Assembly (NCBI GenBank): GCA_964016885.1
Contig: OZ024742.1
Coordinates: 170,066,001 to 170,130,000 of the forward strand
DNA length: 64,000 nucleotides
Reading direction: 5' to 3'
From: Eledone cirrhosa
Lineage: Eukaryota
Part shown: piece after piece, positions 50,802 to 63,516 of the stretch
Layout of the letters: each line of letters starts with the position of its first letter
Numbering within the stretch: the stretch's first letter is position 1
The notes under the pieces: generated by a model
What the model was told of the DNA's origin: nothing
Databases searched by the model: none
What the model saw: only the letters and a program-made list of their open reading frames with translations
Position numbers and translations under genes: made by a program

Positions 50802-51266
50802 GTAAGTCTTATCTCATTCTCTTTTTCCCAACTTTTAATTAAAATTGTGAATAAACTCCAATTTGTTTGTGATATTTCTGTTAGCAAGTTAAATTAGAAT
50901 TAACAACACTTTTGTTTTTAATAATATCCTTTATTATAGTTTAGATATTAAGTCTTAATGTAGTTTGATTTTTTTTTCTGCCATGGTGCAGTTCAGTTCT
51001 TAAAGATACTACCCTCCTAGATGGATAAAAAAGCCATGTATTGTATTTTGCTCATAGGTTCCATATTTTGGCATTGTTTCTATGGTTTCATGTTATTCCT
51101 AGCACTAATAACCACTTTACAAAGTGTACTTGGTGCATTTTGGTGTGGTAGTAGCACTAGTAAGGTTGGTAGATAACATAAATGTTTAAAGATTCAATTC
51201 CAAACTGCTCTGTTAAGACTCAAAGAAGGGTTCCATTTTCTCTGCCAAATGCGTGCACGCACACGC

Positions 51267-51312
<46 letters not shown>

Positions 51313-52325
51313 GCAAACTTGTGTTCAGGAACATATTGATACACACATGTACAAATACATACACACGCACATATATATATACCTACATACACACACATAC
51401 ATACACAGCCATATATACATACACATGCATATACACATACATACATACATAATTGTTGCTTGTAATATTCATTCACACTGTTATTTTGTCTACCTGAATA
51501 TTAAATGAATGGTTGTTATCTCTCACACATAGACTCCATGTCTGTGTTTTTCTTATAGTATCTTGAATTTACAGATATGACAATAGAAACCCTCTCTTTA
51601 CTAATTAAAAAAAATGTTTTAATCATCATCATCATCAAAAGGATGATGATGATGGATCTTGCAGGCAGGCATGTAATTTAGAAGACTTGGTTTTATCTGA
51701 TGTATTTGTGTGTGTTTTCAAATTGAATCACCGTGTAAGTTAAGTATTCATTTTAATATTAAAGTAAAGTATTCATTTTAATATTAAATGTTTCTAATGG
51801 TTGTGGATTGGTAGAATTGGTAGAGCATCAGATAAAATGTCATTATATTTGTTCTCGCTCTTTACATTCTGAGTTTAAATTTTGCCAATGTCAACTTTGC
51901 TTTTCATCTTTCTGGGGTTGATAAAATAAGTACCAGTCAAATACTGGAGTTGATTTAATCAACTTTGCCCTTCCTCTAAATTTGCTGGCATTATGCCTAA
52001 ATTAAAAATTAATATTAAATATGTTTTTAAATAATTAAATTTATGAGGAAGGAGGGCGGGGCTGGATTTGATGGCTCTGGCCCTATGGAACAAAACCACA
52101 CATTTTAAAGAGTTCCCATTTTAATTAACATCTTTAAAACAAACAACTTTGAATCCTAGAACCAGTTTTTATTTTATTCCTGTTTCAGTTACTTCAGGAA
52201 AGGCTTTCCTGATGATTTCTTTTGAATGAAACCGTTCTAACCCTGTAGAAGCCATTTCTATATTAAACATTATATATATATATATATACACATATACATA
52301 CACACACGCACGCACATATATATAT

Positions 52326-52740
52326 ATCATCATCATCATCGTTAAACGTCCATCTTCCACGCTAGCATGGGTTAGACGGTTTTGTTCCATTTGATGTGGT
52401 TAATGGTCGGGAGACTGTGTCTCGCTCGCACGGAAGTGTCCGTGGTAGGTTTTTTGCAGCTGAATGCCCTTCCTAACACCAACCACATTTACAGTATGGA
52501 CTGTTGTGTCATCAACGCAGTGGATGGAACAGGAGAGGGAGGATGGGGTAGGGTGTGGGGGTGGGGTGTATATTTGGTTAAGAGGTGCCTACTGACTAGG
52601 TTTGTACGCAAAGCCAGTCGGGTCTTCTGTACAACTACATGGCGCCAAAGGTCTCGATCCAGTGTCATTGTCTTAGAGAGGTGTAGGTGAGGAAGGTCAG
52701 TTTTTATCACCTTGTCCCGGGTTTTTCTTGGTCTACCCAC
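52326..52740 (-). mobile_element. RTE LINE 3' end (ORF C-terminus, 3' UTR, (GAT)n tail)
   Basis: GRPRKTRDKVIKTDLPHLHLSKTMTLDRDLWRH; homologous to 57370-57884. Confidence 0.85.
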
Positions 52741-52746
52741 TATATA

Positions 52747-54034
52747 CAGGGTGGGGCATAAAAACTGTTACAAAATAAAATGCAAATAGTTCTTGAAAAA
52801 ACATTTATTACAAGATCTGACTTCAACAAATAGTAAGTAATATACTATTAAACAACTGCACAAAAATTTATTTGAAATGCTTTCCTCTAACTCTCACCAC
52901 CGCTGGAAGTCTTCTAGGAAAGTCTTCGATGACTGCATGAACAGTTTCCATGGGTATTTTCTCCCATACTTTATTCAGTTTTGATTTTAGAGTTTCAATA
53001 TTTTGGCTAGGAGTAGAGCAGGTTTCACTCTCAAGAATTGACCATAAAGAAAAATCGAGAGGGTTGAGATCTGGTGATGTGGGAGGCCACTCTTCATTAC
53101 TGAACCATGCAGGACAATGGTCTCTACACCACTGTTGTGTTATGCAAGCAGTGTGGCTCGTCGCTCCATCTTGTTGGAGAGTCCAAATGTCATCGCCATA
53201 AACAGATATGCACCATGGCATCAGTGCTCCTTCCAAAATATCCTTTATGTAAAGTTCTTTGTTAATTTTAACTCCTTGAGGCACAAAAATCAGAGGAGAC
53301 TTACCTCTTTCAGAAATGGCTGCCCAAATCATCACTGATGCTGGTTTCTGTGTTCTGAACACTTTTCCTACACTTGAAGGAATTGATTTGAGACTTTTTG
53401 CAAGTACTCGATCATTTTGATGATTGTGAGACTGCTGCACAGTGAATAACTTTTCATCTGTAAAGATGATGTTTTGCAGCGTGCCATCCTTGATACAGTT
53501 CAATAACAGTTTACTTCTGGAGAGCCTCTTTTCAATTGTGGCTGCAGAAAGAAGCTCCCTCTTTTGGAACTTATAGGGTGACATCCCCAGATCATTTCGA
53601 CATATCCTCCGCATAGTTCTCGGCGATGTTTCTGCTTCTTCTGCCATTTTTCTTGGATTACGCCTTATTTTTTCCCTCACACTTTTAACGAGTTTTGGTG
53701 TTCTTGAGGTGCGAGGGCGTCCGGATTGAGGTCTGTCTTTGGTTGAGGAAGTTTCCTTAAATCGATCGATTGTCCTTTTGATCAACATTCTATTGATCTT
53801 AAGAATTTTCCCCAGTTTAAATATCTTGGGTGGAGTCAGGCCTTTTTCATGCTTCTCTATTATGAACTTTCTTTTCAATTCTATGGACATTGCAAATTGT
53901 TAATGGAGTAATGTTCTGAAAAATAGTTAATATGGTTATAGTGCATGGATTTGATACAAATATATTAGTTATATTAGCAACATAATGTATTTTTAAATTG
54001 ATTTAAAACTTTGTAACAGGAATTATGCCCCACC

Positions 54035-54037
<3 letters not shown>
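52747..54037 (-). mobile_element. Complete maT (DD37D) Tc1/mariner-superfamily transposon
   Basis: TA both sides; 28-bp TIRs CAGGGTGGGGCATAA(AAA/TTC)CTGTTACAAA with 3 mismatches; 1291 bp. Confidence 0.95.
52868..53890 (-). CDS. DD37D (maT/Bmmar1-like) transposase, uninterrupted 340 aa
   Basis: N-terminal HTH region with SGRPR; catalytic D in FTDEK, QQDGA and SPDLNPLDFS with 37 residues between the second and third D (counted). Confidence 0.92.
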   Translation of the reverse strand: MSIELKRKFIIEKHEKGLTPPKIFKLGKILKINRMLIKRTIDRFKETSSTKDRPQSGRPRTSRTPKLVKSVREKIRRNPRKMAEEAETSPRTMRRICRNDLGMSPYKFQKRELLSAATIEKRLSRSKLLLNCIKDGTLQNIIFTDEKLFTVQQSHNHQNDRVLAKSLKSIPSSVGKVFRTQKPASVMIWAAISERGKSPLIFVPQGVKINKELYIKDILEGALMPWCISVYGDDIWTLQQDGATSHTACITQQWCRDHCPAWFSNEEWPPTSPDLNPLDFSLWSILESETCSTPSQNIETLKSKLNKVWEKIPMETVHAVIEDFPRRLPAVVRVRGKHFK

Positions 54038-54071
<34 letters not shown>

Positions 54072-54140
54072 CATCATTTTACATCTGCTTTTCCCTGCTT
54101 GCAAGAGAGAGAGAGAGACTTGAATACAATTTATGCATAT

Positions 54141-54202
<62 letters not shown>

Positions 54203-55069
54203 CTGTATAAACTCAAGTGTATATTTGGACATTTTAAAAATATAATCTCAGATGCTGTTTGGGCCATGTTTATTTTACTGGGGTGTGGGTGGGAGGGTAG
54301 GCTATTGGTTTCAACACCCTGTTTACTTTACACTGGGACACATCTGAATGAGATTTTGTACTCTTCAATAGATTTTGTTCCTGCTGTCTCTTAAAGGGTT
54401 TGTTTCTTTTGAAACTATGTTTATATTTCTGTATATTTCTGTTGAATGTTTCCTAGACCATGCTGACCTGCCGAAATAAATTCAGAGGGGTGAAGGAGTT
54501 TACTTAATGACATAAAGATGTGTCTAGGATGTAGAGGAAGTCGATCCACTTTCATCGCTGGAGTTCTATTTAATATTGAATTACTATATAAATGTGTTTA
54601 TTAATTTATTTAATTTTTTACATCAGTTAAAATCATTATTTAAGGCAGCCAAACCTTTTTATTAATGCACAGTCGGGCTAAGTAACAACCTGAAGACTAT
54701 AATTTAAATCTGCTATGCAGTTTGAGTTTTAATAAAATTTACTTCAGTGTTTGAAATGCAGTTGTTCCAACGTAAATAACAATAATAATAGTTGAGAAAA
54801 TAGAGTAAAGTACTCCTAGTGACAGAAAAAAGTGGACTGAAGCATCTGCAAAAAATCATCTCTCAGATGCTGAGTAAATATGTTAACCATTATGTTAAGG
54901 GGTGTGTTAACAATTATGTTAAGGGGCCTCTGGCCACTAATTACCACCTTTTAGAAGATTTTAAGCTTGAAACTCGAAGTGTGAACATTCCGTTGACTTA
55001 TTGGGAAAATTTGAACTTTGAAATGCAGTTGTTTACTAATATTCATCATCATCATTACAGGAATATAAT

Positions 55070-55250
55070 AATTGTTTCTACTTTTGGCACAAGGCCAGCA
55101 ATTATCCAATGCATTACTGGTACTTTATTCTATCGACCCTGGAAGGATGAAAGGCAAAGTTAACCTCGGCGGGATTTGAACTCAGATCATACAGGGAGGT
55201 AACTCTATGCTTCAAAGCATGGCATCCGATCCTCTGCCAATCCACTGCCT
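55070..55250 (-). mobile_element. Family A SINE with 18-bp TSD
   Basis: TTACAGGAATATAATAAT at 55055-55072 and 55250-55267. Confidence 0.88.
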
Positions 55251-55377
55251 TACAGGAATATAATAATGCTCATCAATTTATATTCATCTTAGTTTTTAAA
55301 GTCCTGTACTACATGAAACCACATTAACAAAACATTCTTGCAAAATACAAAACAGCACTGTGACTGCATTACATTAA

Positions 55378-55586
55378 CCCTTTCATGACTGCATTTCTAA
55401 TGGCATACATTCTATTTTAATTAATTAATGAATTTTGAGGGATTTACTAAAATTGTTAATTATTTCATTATTAAAATAGTAATTTAATGTAAGGTTCTTG
55501 TATAAAATTATATTGTAAACCTTTAAAATGGGTGATTTTATTTCTTAGAACCAGAGACAGTTTTTGCCGGGTTGATACTGAAAGGG
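55378..55586 (+). mobile_element. P2 MITE inserted in another interspersed repeat
   Basis: TTAA 55374-55377 and 55587-55590, ends CCCTTTCA / TGAAAGGG; host repeat also at 11390-11570 and 40655-40890. Confidence 0.8.
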
Positions 55587-56034
55587 TTAAATATTGAAGT
55601 CTTTACTCGAATGTAGCAAATTTCCACAAAGATTTGTCCACCAGTGAAAATATTATAAACATTGGAATTGGCAAATCTGTTTTTAGATATTCTCTGCTAA
55701 ATTAATTACAGGATGTTAAGAATTAAGTCTTCCTGTTTCATGTTATAGAGAGAGGTTTGGCAATAAATGGTAAAACTGATACAATTTCACTATACACAAT
55801 ATTTTTAATTTATTACTAACTTCGTTGTAGAAATAATATTTCTATGAACGGAATTAGACTGTTACTTAATTTAGAAAGCAATTAAACTGCAAAAATTTAC
55901 TGAAAATATTTTAGTTGGTGAATATTCAGTCATGCAAGTAATTAATGTAATGTACCTTTTTAACTTGATGACATCATCACCAATAAATATTTTGTTAATC
56001 ACATCAAATGTTTTTCACAGATATCAACTATAAT

Positions 56035-56552
56035 ATGTGTGTGTTTGATGGCTGCAACTTGATTTCGAGTAATGTCATCGCTTAAAAGTTGTGGCTTTTT
56101 AGTCCTGCTAAGGTCTTGCCTATGGCCAGCAATACAATGCATCGCAAAAAATGTCACATATCAAGCGATGCCTATGCTTGAAGCTTTTTTAAGTGAGGAA
56201 AGTCTCTGCCCAGGGCCAATCCCACTCTCTGAACATCGCTTTTACCCCAAAAGAAGAACTAGTCTACCACATTGGATGCAAACAAAGTCGCAGGTTTTAT
56301 ATCTTCTCCTAGAGATATGTCTTAATGAAGACTATGAGTCCCTTGCTCCAAAAGTAAAAAAAAAAAAATCTTTATTGGATGGCCGTTGACTCTCCTGAGT
56401 TCCTCCGCCCTTTGATGTGTCTTGTTTTCATCATGCAGAGTGTCCCAAATCACCCGCCTCACCAAAAAACAAGCTTGGTGGAGTTGCCAGTTTAGTCACC
56501 AACAACCCGACCATGCACAGGTTGTACTGGATTACATGTTACCAGTAGCGCT
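56035..56552 (-). mobile_element. Probable RTE(BovB)-derived non-autonomous element: 5' UTR-like part joined to C-terminal zinc-finger remnant
   Basis: Reverse strand: AAAGGGCGGAGGAACTC...GTCAACGGCCATCC (recalled as RTE 5' UTR-like), then DFVCIQCGR and TLAGLKSH remnants, ending in (CA)n. Confidence 0.45.
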
Positions 56553-57219
56553 AAAGACATATATTCATCAATAAGTCTTTAAAATTTACAAGCAAACACA
56601 CACAAAGCATTTCATATTTCAGTCATGTTGCTACAATAAAAAATTGGCTTTCCAATCACAAGGCCATAGGTTTTAACCCTACATTTGACCCCATAAATAG
56701 TTATTTCTCCAAAGTTACTCATACATTTAATCCTGTATGTCATTTGTACATACATGCTGAACATTTCTGTAATTATATTCTAGAAATATATTCCCAGTGT
56801 GTTGTATGACTGTTCATATATCCAATAATCTTTGTATATATGCCATATCAATCCTGCAGTCTAAAAATGAAATATGTTCAATGCTATTACCATCATTATT
56901 GACAACACTGGTTCACTTGTTTAAAGTAGTATAGCTTAATTGTATTTCTTAAGTTGTTCTTTGGAATAAAATGTCATGCTACCAATAAAAACACACACAC
57001 ACCAATTGAGTTTTACTTGGGTTTTTATCACTATTCAGGTAACTAATCCATTCATCGGTTGATTTACTAATCAGATGGTTATTTACTTGTAAAGGCACTT
57101 TCATCACACATTGGGTGACCTTCTCAGTTACTATTTTGGCCCTCTGTGTCTCCTCTACATTTTGGTTTTGTTTTAGTTACTCCACCTTGTCTTATATATA
57201 CATATATATATATATATAT

Positions 57220-57884
57220 TAAACGAACTAAGGGAAAAATTAGAAATAAGAGGGATCAGATGTTGTTTACTCGAGAGAAGGCTACGTTGGTATGGTCACG
57301 TGATGTGCATGAAAGACGACAGCTGTATAAAAAAGTGCAGGGCAATAAAGATAGACGGTAGCCACGGAGTAGGCAGACCCAGAAAAACCTGGGACGACCT
57401 AATAAATTCCGACCTCACACACTTACACCTCTCCAAGACAATGTCACTGGACCGAGATCTTTGGCAGTACTCAATAATAGAGAAGACCCACCTTACCTAA
57501 ATACAAAGTAAAACCTACTACAGTCAGTAGGCATCTCTAACAAAATACACCCCCGTCCCACCACCCCCACCCCATCCACACCGCCCCTTTCAATGTAAAG
57601 TTATGTTGGTGCCACAACATCCAGGCCGAAACAAATGAGATTGTGTAGGTGTCACGACAAAAAAAACACAGTCCACGCTGTAATGTGGCCGTGTAGGCAA
57701 CACGGTAAAAACCTCCCAGTCCCACACTGTAAATGTGGTTGGTGTTAGGAAGGGCATCCAGCTGTAGAAAACCCGCCAGACAGTCCTATGCGAGCAAGAC
57801 AACCACTCTTGCCTCAAGGGGGAAAACTCCCGTCCAAACCCATGCAAGCGTGGAACATGGACGTTAAACGATGATGATGATGAT
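57220..57884 (+). mobile_element. RTE LINE 3' end
   Basis: ELREKLEIRGIRCCLLERRLRWYGHVM...GRPRKTWDD...DRDLW, stop at 57498-57500, 3' UTR ending CATGCAAGCGTGGAACATGGACGTTAAAC(GAT)n. Confidence 0.9.
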
Positions 57885-57891
57885 ATATGTT

Positions 57892-58150
57892 GAGGCACGT
57901 GGTCTAGTGGTAAGGGTGTTGGATTCGATTCCTGGGTTGTGTGTTGTATTCTTGAGCAAAACACTTCATTTCACGCTGTTCCAGTATACTCAGCTAAAAA
58001 TGAGTACCAGTAATAGCTGGGGGTTTAACCCTGCGATGGACTGGCGTCTTGTCCAGGGGGGAGTCTTGTACTCTCAGTCACTTCATGCCATGAAATCGGG
58101 ATAAGCACCGGCCAAATGAGCCTCCTTGCTTAAGACAGAATTTAGACTTT
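57892..58150 (+). mobile_element. CORE-like SINE with a third tail type
   Basis: tRNA head, CTTGAGCAAAACACTTCATTTCAC core, then AACCCTGCGATGGACTGGCGTC...CTTCATGCC...GGGATAAGC. Confidence 0.75.
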
Positions 58151-58243
58151 TTAGATATACATATATTTTCGATTTCTTTTCTTTATACTTTCACCTGTGT
58201 AGGACATCTTGTTTTTTAAATTTAAATGACTATATATATATAT

Positions 58244-58425
58244 ATATTCATTTTATTAAGGCTAAATAGTGGGTCTTGTTATTCTGGAGAGTTTCGCTTG
58301 TTTATCACAGGGCCACCAGACATCTTGTCTCCAGAGTAACAAGACTTAGTATTTAGCCTTAATAAAATGAATATTGAAACTCTGTTTCACTATTGAGTAC
58401 TCTTTTCTTTCAGCTGTCAACCACA
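58244..58425. mobile_element. Penelope-like remnant with inverted partial terminal repeat
   Basis: 47-bp inverted arms 58244-58290 and 58328-58374 (4 mismatches); loop holds the reverse-strand hammerhead-like core; tail homologous to 15945-16040. Confidence 0.55.
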
Positions 58426-59130
58426 CACACACAACACACCACACACATCACATATATATATGATGTACAAGTTTATTTTTTCAAAATATCTTATCTAAGT
58501 TTATGATTTTGTGAATGGCTGTGTATGTTGTATTTTGGATATAGAGCATCATTATCAAGTACGCATATCTATGTATCACAGTTCCTGAGATGAATCTCTA
58601 TCTTAGCTGTATTATGAGCTGTGCCTAACTATAGTCAAATATGGTCAAAAACAGGCAGTAGGATTTAGTTACATAACAGTTGACAACCAATAATTTAATA
58701 TGCAATAGCTATTCACAACTATCTTTTTATATTTTTCAACCCAAAGTGTCAACTATTTTTTTTCTCCTAATGTTGAAAATGTTCCTGAACAACACAAGGG
58801 AACACATAAAAATGGCTAATTCTATTTTGAGAGATCTACTGCTACCATATTTGCTGCTGTTTCACACAATACCAGATACTGTATTTCACTTTGCATGTAT
58901 GCTTTTTTCTGTCTTTTTTGTGGGTTTTAGGGGTAATATTTATATAGGGTTTATAGAATTATAACTGGAAGTTATCATCATTATCATCTAACAGCTGTTT
59001 TCCATGCTGAAAAAAAAAATGAATGTTAAAGAATGGTGATGATGATGATGATAGCTGTGTGTGAGCATGTTTTTTTACTTCAGATATGTCATTTTTTATG
59101 ATAAGAAACCTAGCCAAACCTAGTCATCAA

Positions 59131-59185
<55 letters not shown>

Positions 59186-59679
59186 ATGTTAGACAAACTG
59201 AATTATTGTGATGAAGCAGTTTAAAAGTTAAAATATCTTAAAATATCATTTTATTCATTGTTTGGTAACTTCATTATTTGGTAAGTTTTATGTACATAAA
59301 TTCCATGATGTTAAAATAAAATAAAAACTCTTTTTATACATGATCCTTTCACTATCAACCCATCTGAAACCATCCCTAGTTTTGTGATAAAAGATACAAC
59401 AGTCTATTTTAAAGTATTCATTATCTAATTTTATATAAGAACTTTGTTGTAGTCTTTAACACTGACTTTATGAAAAAGTTATTTTACTAAAAGGTTCCAA
59501 ATTCTTGTTTATTTTCAAAATTAACTGAAACACATTGAATGTATTTCAGGAGAAATATGACCACGGAAGTGTTAACACTTTTGTTTGCATTGTATGTTAT
59601 AAAACCTAACCATCTTGCATGCACACAAACACACACACAAACATGCAGAGTTTATTGTAGTATGGTATACATTACATAA

Positions 59680-59988
59680 GTGGCGAATTGGCATAGTCGT
59701 TAGAACATCAGATAAGAATGCTTTATGGTATTTGTTCAGGTTCTCTGAGTTCAAATTCCGCTGAAATCAACTTTCCCTTTCATCCTTTCGAGTTTGATAA
59801 AAGGATTCTTCCTTTATATCTCTTTCTCATTTCCTCTCTCTCACTTTCCATGTTTCTCTGGAAGAGATCTGCTGTATGCAGGCGTGGAGAGAGATGGGCT
59901 CTGCCAGGCTTAAAATGCCCAAGAAACAACATATGTCAATATGGTGCCCCTACGACTCTATCAGTAGTTATATGACCCTAAATATATA
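59680..59988 (+). mobile_element. SINE family B (internal deletion in core)
   Basis: Head GGCGAATTGGCATAGTCGTTAGAAC, B-box, family B tail. Confidence 0.75.
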
Positions 59989-60107
59989 CATTCCATGCAT
60001 TTTACTTATTTAGCTGGAGAAAAATTCCCAAACAAAGGCCAGGAGGGCTCATGCACTGTTATAGAAATCACAACCTCCTAGTGCTGGTGCCATGATGAAA
60101 TGTAACA

Positions 60108-63052
60108 TTACAATATTTCACAACACTAAAACTACTATATTTCATAGCACTCGAGCCACTATGTTTCTATATTTTCACAGCACTACCACTACTATATTCC
60201 ACAACACCACCACTACTATATTCCACAACACCACCACTACTATATTCCACAACACCACCACTACTATATTCCACAACACCACCACTACTATATTCCACAA
60301 CACTACCACTACTATATTCCACAACACTACCACTACTATATTCCACAACACCACCACTACTATATTCCACAACACCACCACTACTATATTCCACAACACT
60401 ACCACTACTATATTCCACAACACTACCACTACTATATTCCACAACACTACCACTACTATATTCCACAACACCACCACTACTATATTCCACAACACCACCA
60501 CTACTATATTCCACAACACCACCACTACTATATTCCACAACACTACCACTACCACATTCCACAACACCACCACTACTATATTCTACAACACTACCACTAC
60601 TATATTCCACAATACTACCACTACTATATTCCACAACACCACCACTACTATATTCCACAACACTACCACTACTATATTCCACAACACCACCACTACTATA
60701 TTCTACAGCACTACCACTACTATATTCCACAACACTACCACTACTATATTCCACAACACTACCACTACTATATTCCACAACACTACCACTACTATATTCT
60801 ACAGCACTACCACTACTATATTCCACAACACTACCACTACTATATTCCACAATACTACCCCTACTATATTCCACAACACCACCACTACTATATTCCACAA
60901 CACCACCACTACTATATTCCACAACACTACCACTACTATATTCCACAACACTACCACTACTATATTCCACAACACTACCACTACTATATTCTACAGCACT
61001 ACCACTACTATATTCCACAACACCACCACTACTATATTCCACAACACCACCACTACTATATTCCACAACACTACCACTACTATATTCCACAACACTACCA
61101 CTACTATATTCCACAACACCACCACTACTATATTCCACAACACCACCACTACTATATTCCACAACACTACCACTACTATATTCTACAACACCACCACTAC
61201 TATATTCCACAACACTACCACTACTATATTCCACAACACTACCACTACTATATTCCACAACACCACCACTACTATATTCCACAACACTACCACTACTATA
61301 TTCCACAACACTACCACTACTATATTCCACAACACTACCACTACTATATTCCACAACACTACCACTACTATATTCCACAACACTACCACTACTATATTCT
61401 ACAACACCACCACTACTATATTCTACAACACTACCACTAATATATTCCACACCACCACCACTACTATATTCCACAGCACCACCACTACTATATTCCACAA
61501 CACTACCACTACTATATTCCACAACACTACCACTACTATATTCCACAACACCACCACTACTATATTCCACAACACTACCACTACTATATTCCACAACACT
61601 ACCACTACTATATTCCACAACACTACCACTACTATATTCTACAACACCACCACTACTATATTCTACAACACTACCACTAATATATTCCACACCACCACCA
61701 CTACTATATTCTACAGCACTACCACTACTATATTCCACAACACTACCACTACTATATTCCACAACACTACCACTACTATATTCCACAACACTACCACTAC
61801 TATATTCTACAGCACTACCACTACTATATTCCACAACACTACCACTACTATATTCCACAATACTACCCCTACTATATTCCACAACACTACCACTACTATA
61901 TTCCACAACACTACCACTACTATATTCCACAACACCACCACTACTATATTCCACAACACTACCACTACTATATTCCACAACACTACCATTACTATATTCC
62001 ACAACACCACCACTACTATATTCCACAACACTACCACTACTATATTCCACAACACTACCACTACTATATTCCACAACACCACCACTACTATATTCCACAA
62101 CACCACCACTACTATATTCCACAACACTACCACTACTATATTCTACAACACCACTACTACTATATTCCACAACACTACCACTACTATATTCCACAACACT
62201 ACCACTACTATATTCCACAACACCACCACTACTATATTCCACAACACTACCACTACTATATTCCACAACACTACCACTACTATATTCCACAACACTACCA
62301 CTACTATATTCCACAACACTACCACTACTATATTCCACAACACTACCACTACTATATTCTACAGCACCACCACTACTATATTCCACAACACCACCACTAC
62401 TATATTCCACAACACTACCACTACTATATTCCACAACACTACCACTACTATATTCCACAACACTACCACTACTATATTCCACAACACTACCACTACTATA
62501 TTCTACAGCACCACCACTACTATATTCCACAACACCACCACTACTATATTCCACAACACTACCCCTACTATATTCCACAACACCACCACTACTATATTCC
62601 ACAACACTACCACTACTATATTCCACAACACTACCACTACTATATTCCACAACACTACCACTACTATATTCCACAACACTACCACTACTATATTCCACAA
62701 CACCACCACTACTATATTCCACAACACTACCACTACTATATTCCACAACACTACCACTACTATATTCCACAACACTACCACTACTATATTCCACAACACC
62801 ACCACTACTATATTCCACAACACCACCACTACTATATTCCACAACACCACCACTACTATATTTCACAACACTACCACTACTATATTCCACAACACTACCA
62901 CTACTATATTCTATAGCACTATTATTTCTATATTCTATAATACTTACTACTATATTTCACAACACTATAACTACAACATTTCACAACACCACCACTACTA
63001 CATTTCACAACACCACCACTACTACTACATTCCACAACACCACCACTACTAT
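60108..63052. repeat. 24-bp minisatellite (CCACAACACTACCACTACTATATT), about 115 homogeneous units with degenerate edges
   Basis: Period 24 seen directly; gives stop-free frames (HNTTTTIF)n on + and (VVEYSSGS)n on -. Confidence 0.98.
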
Positions 63053-63384
63053 ATTTTAACTGCTTAGTTTTATCAATGGCAGCTGTTCATTTTATAGATA
63101 GTAAAAAAATGTGTTTGTTCCAGTTACTACTGAATTACTGTATGATCTTGACCTACAGACAGATAGACAACTCCACTGACTGAAAGTTTGAGGAAACCCA
63201 TGCTGATTAATGACTAATAGCAGACCAAATAGTATTACAACAAATACAAATACAACTACTACTACTGCACCTACATTTGTATTTTTTTTCTACTATGAAT
63301 ATAATAAGCAAGTGTGTGTTGATGCTTCTTGCCAAGAATTAGCAATCCTAACCTTGAAACACACTTGAGAGAGCAGTCAGTTTA

Positions 63385-63454
63385 AACTCGTTTGAACAGA
63401 AAAAGGTGAGAGAATTCTTGCTGGATATGGCCGGTTTAAATGCTAAAGGGTTAA
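63385..63454 (-). mobile_element. Partial P1 MITE end
   Basis: GGCCGGTTTAAATGCTAAAGGGTTAA. Confidence 0.75.
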
Positions 63455-63516
63455 ATTAAAATCTTTCAAGAAGATTTGATATAAAGACCTTTTGTTAAAT
63501 TATGTTACAAATACTA

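Noticed and set aside
60167-62890. 907-aa minus-strand ORF (VVEYSSGS)n and other repeat ORFs as genes
   Set aside because: Open only because the 24-bp unit lacks stops in that frame; no unique flanking coding sequence.
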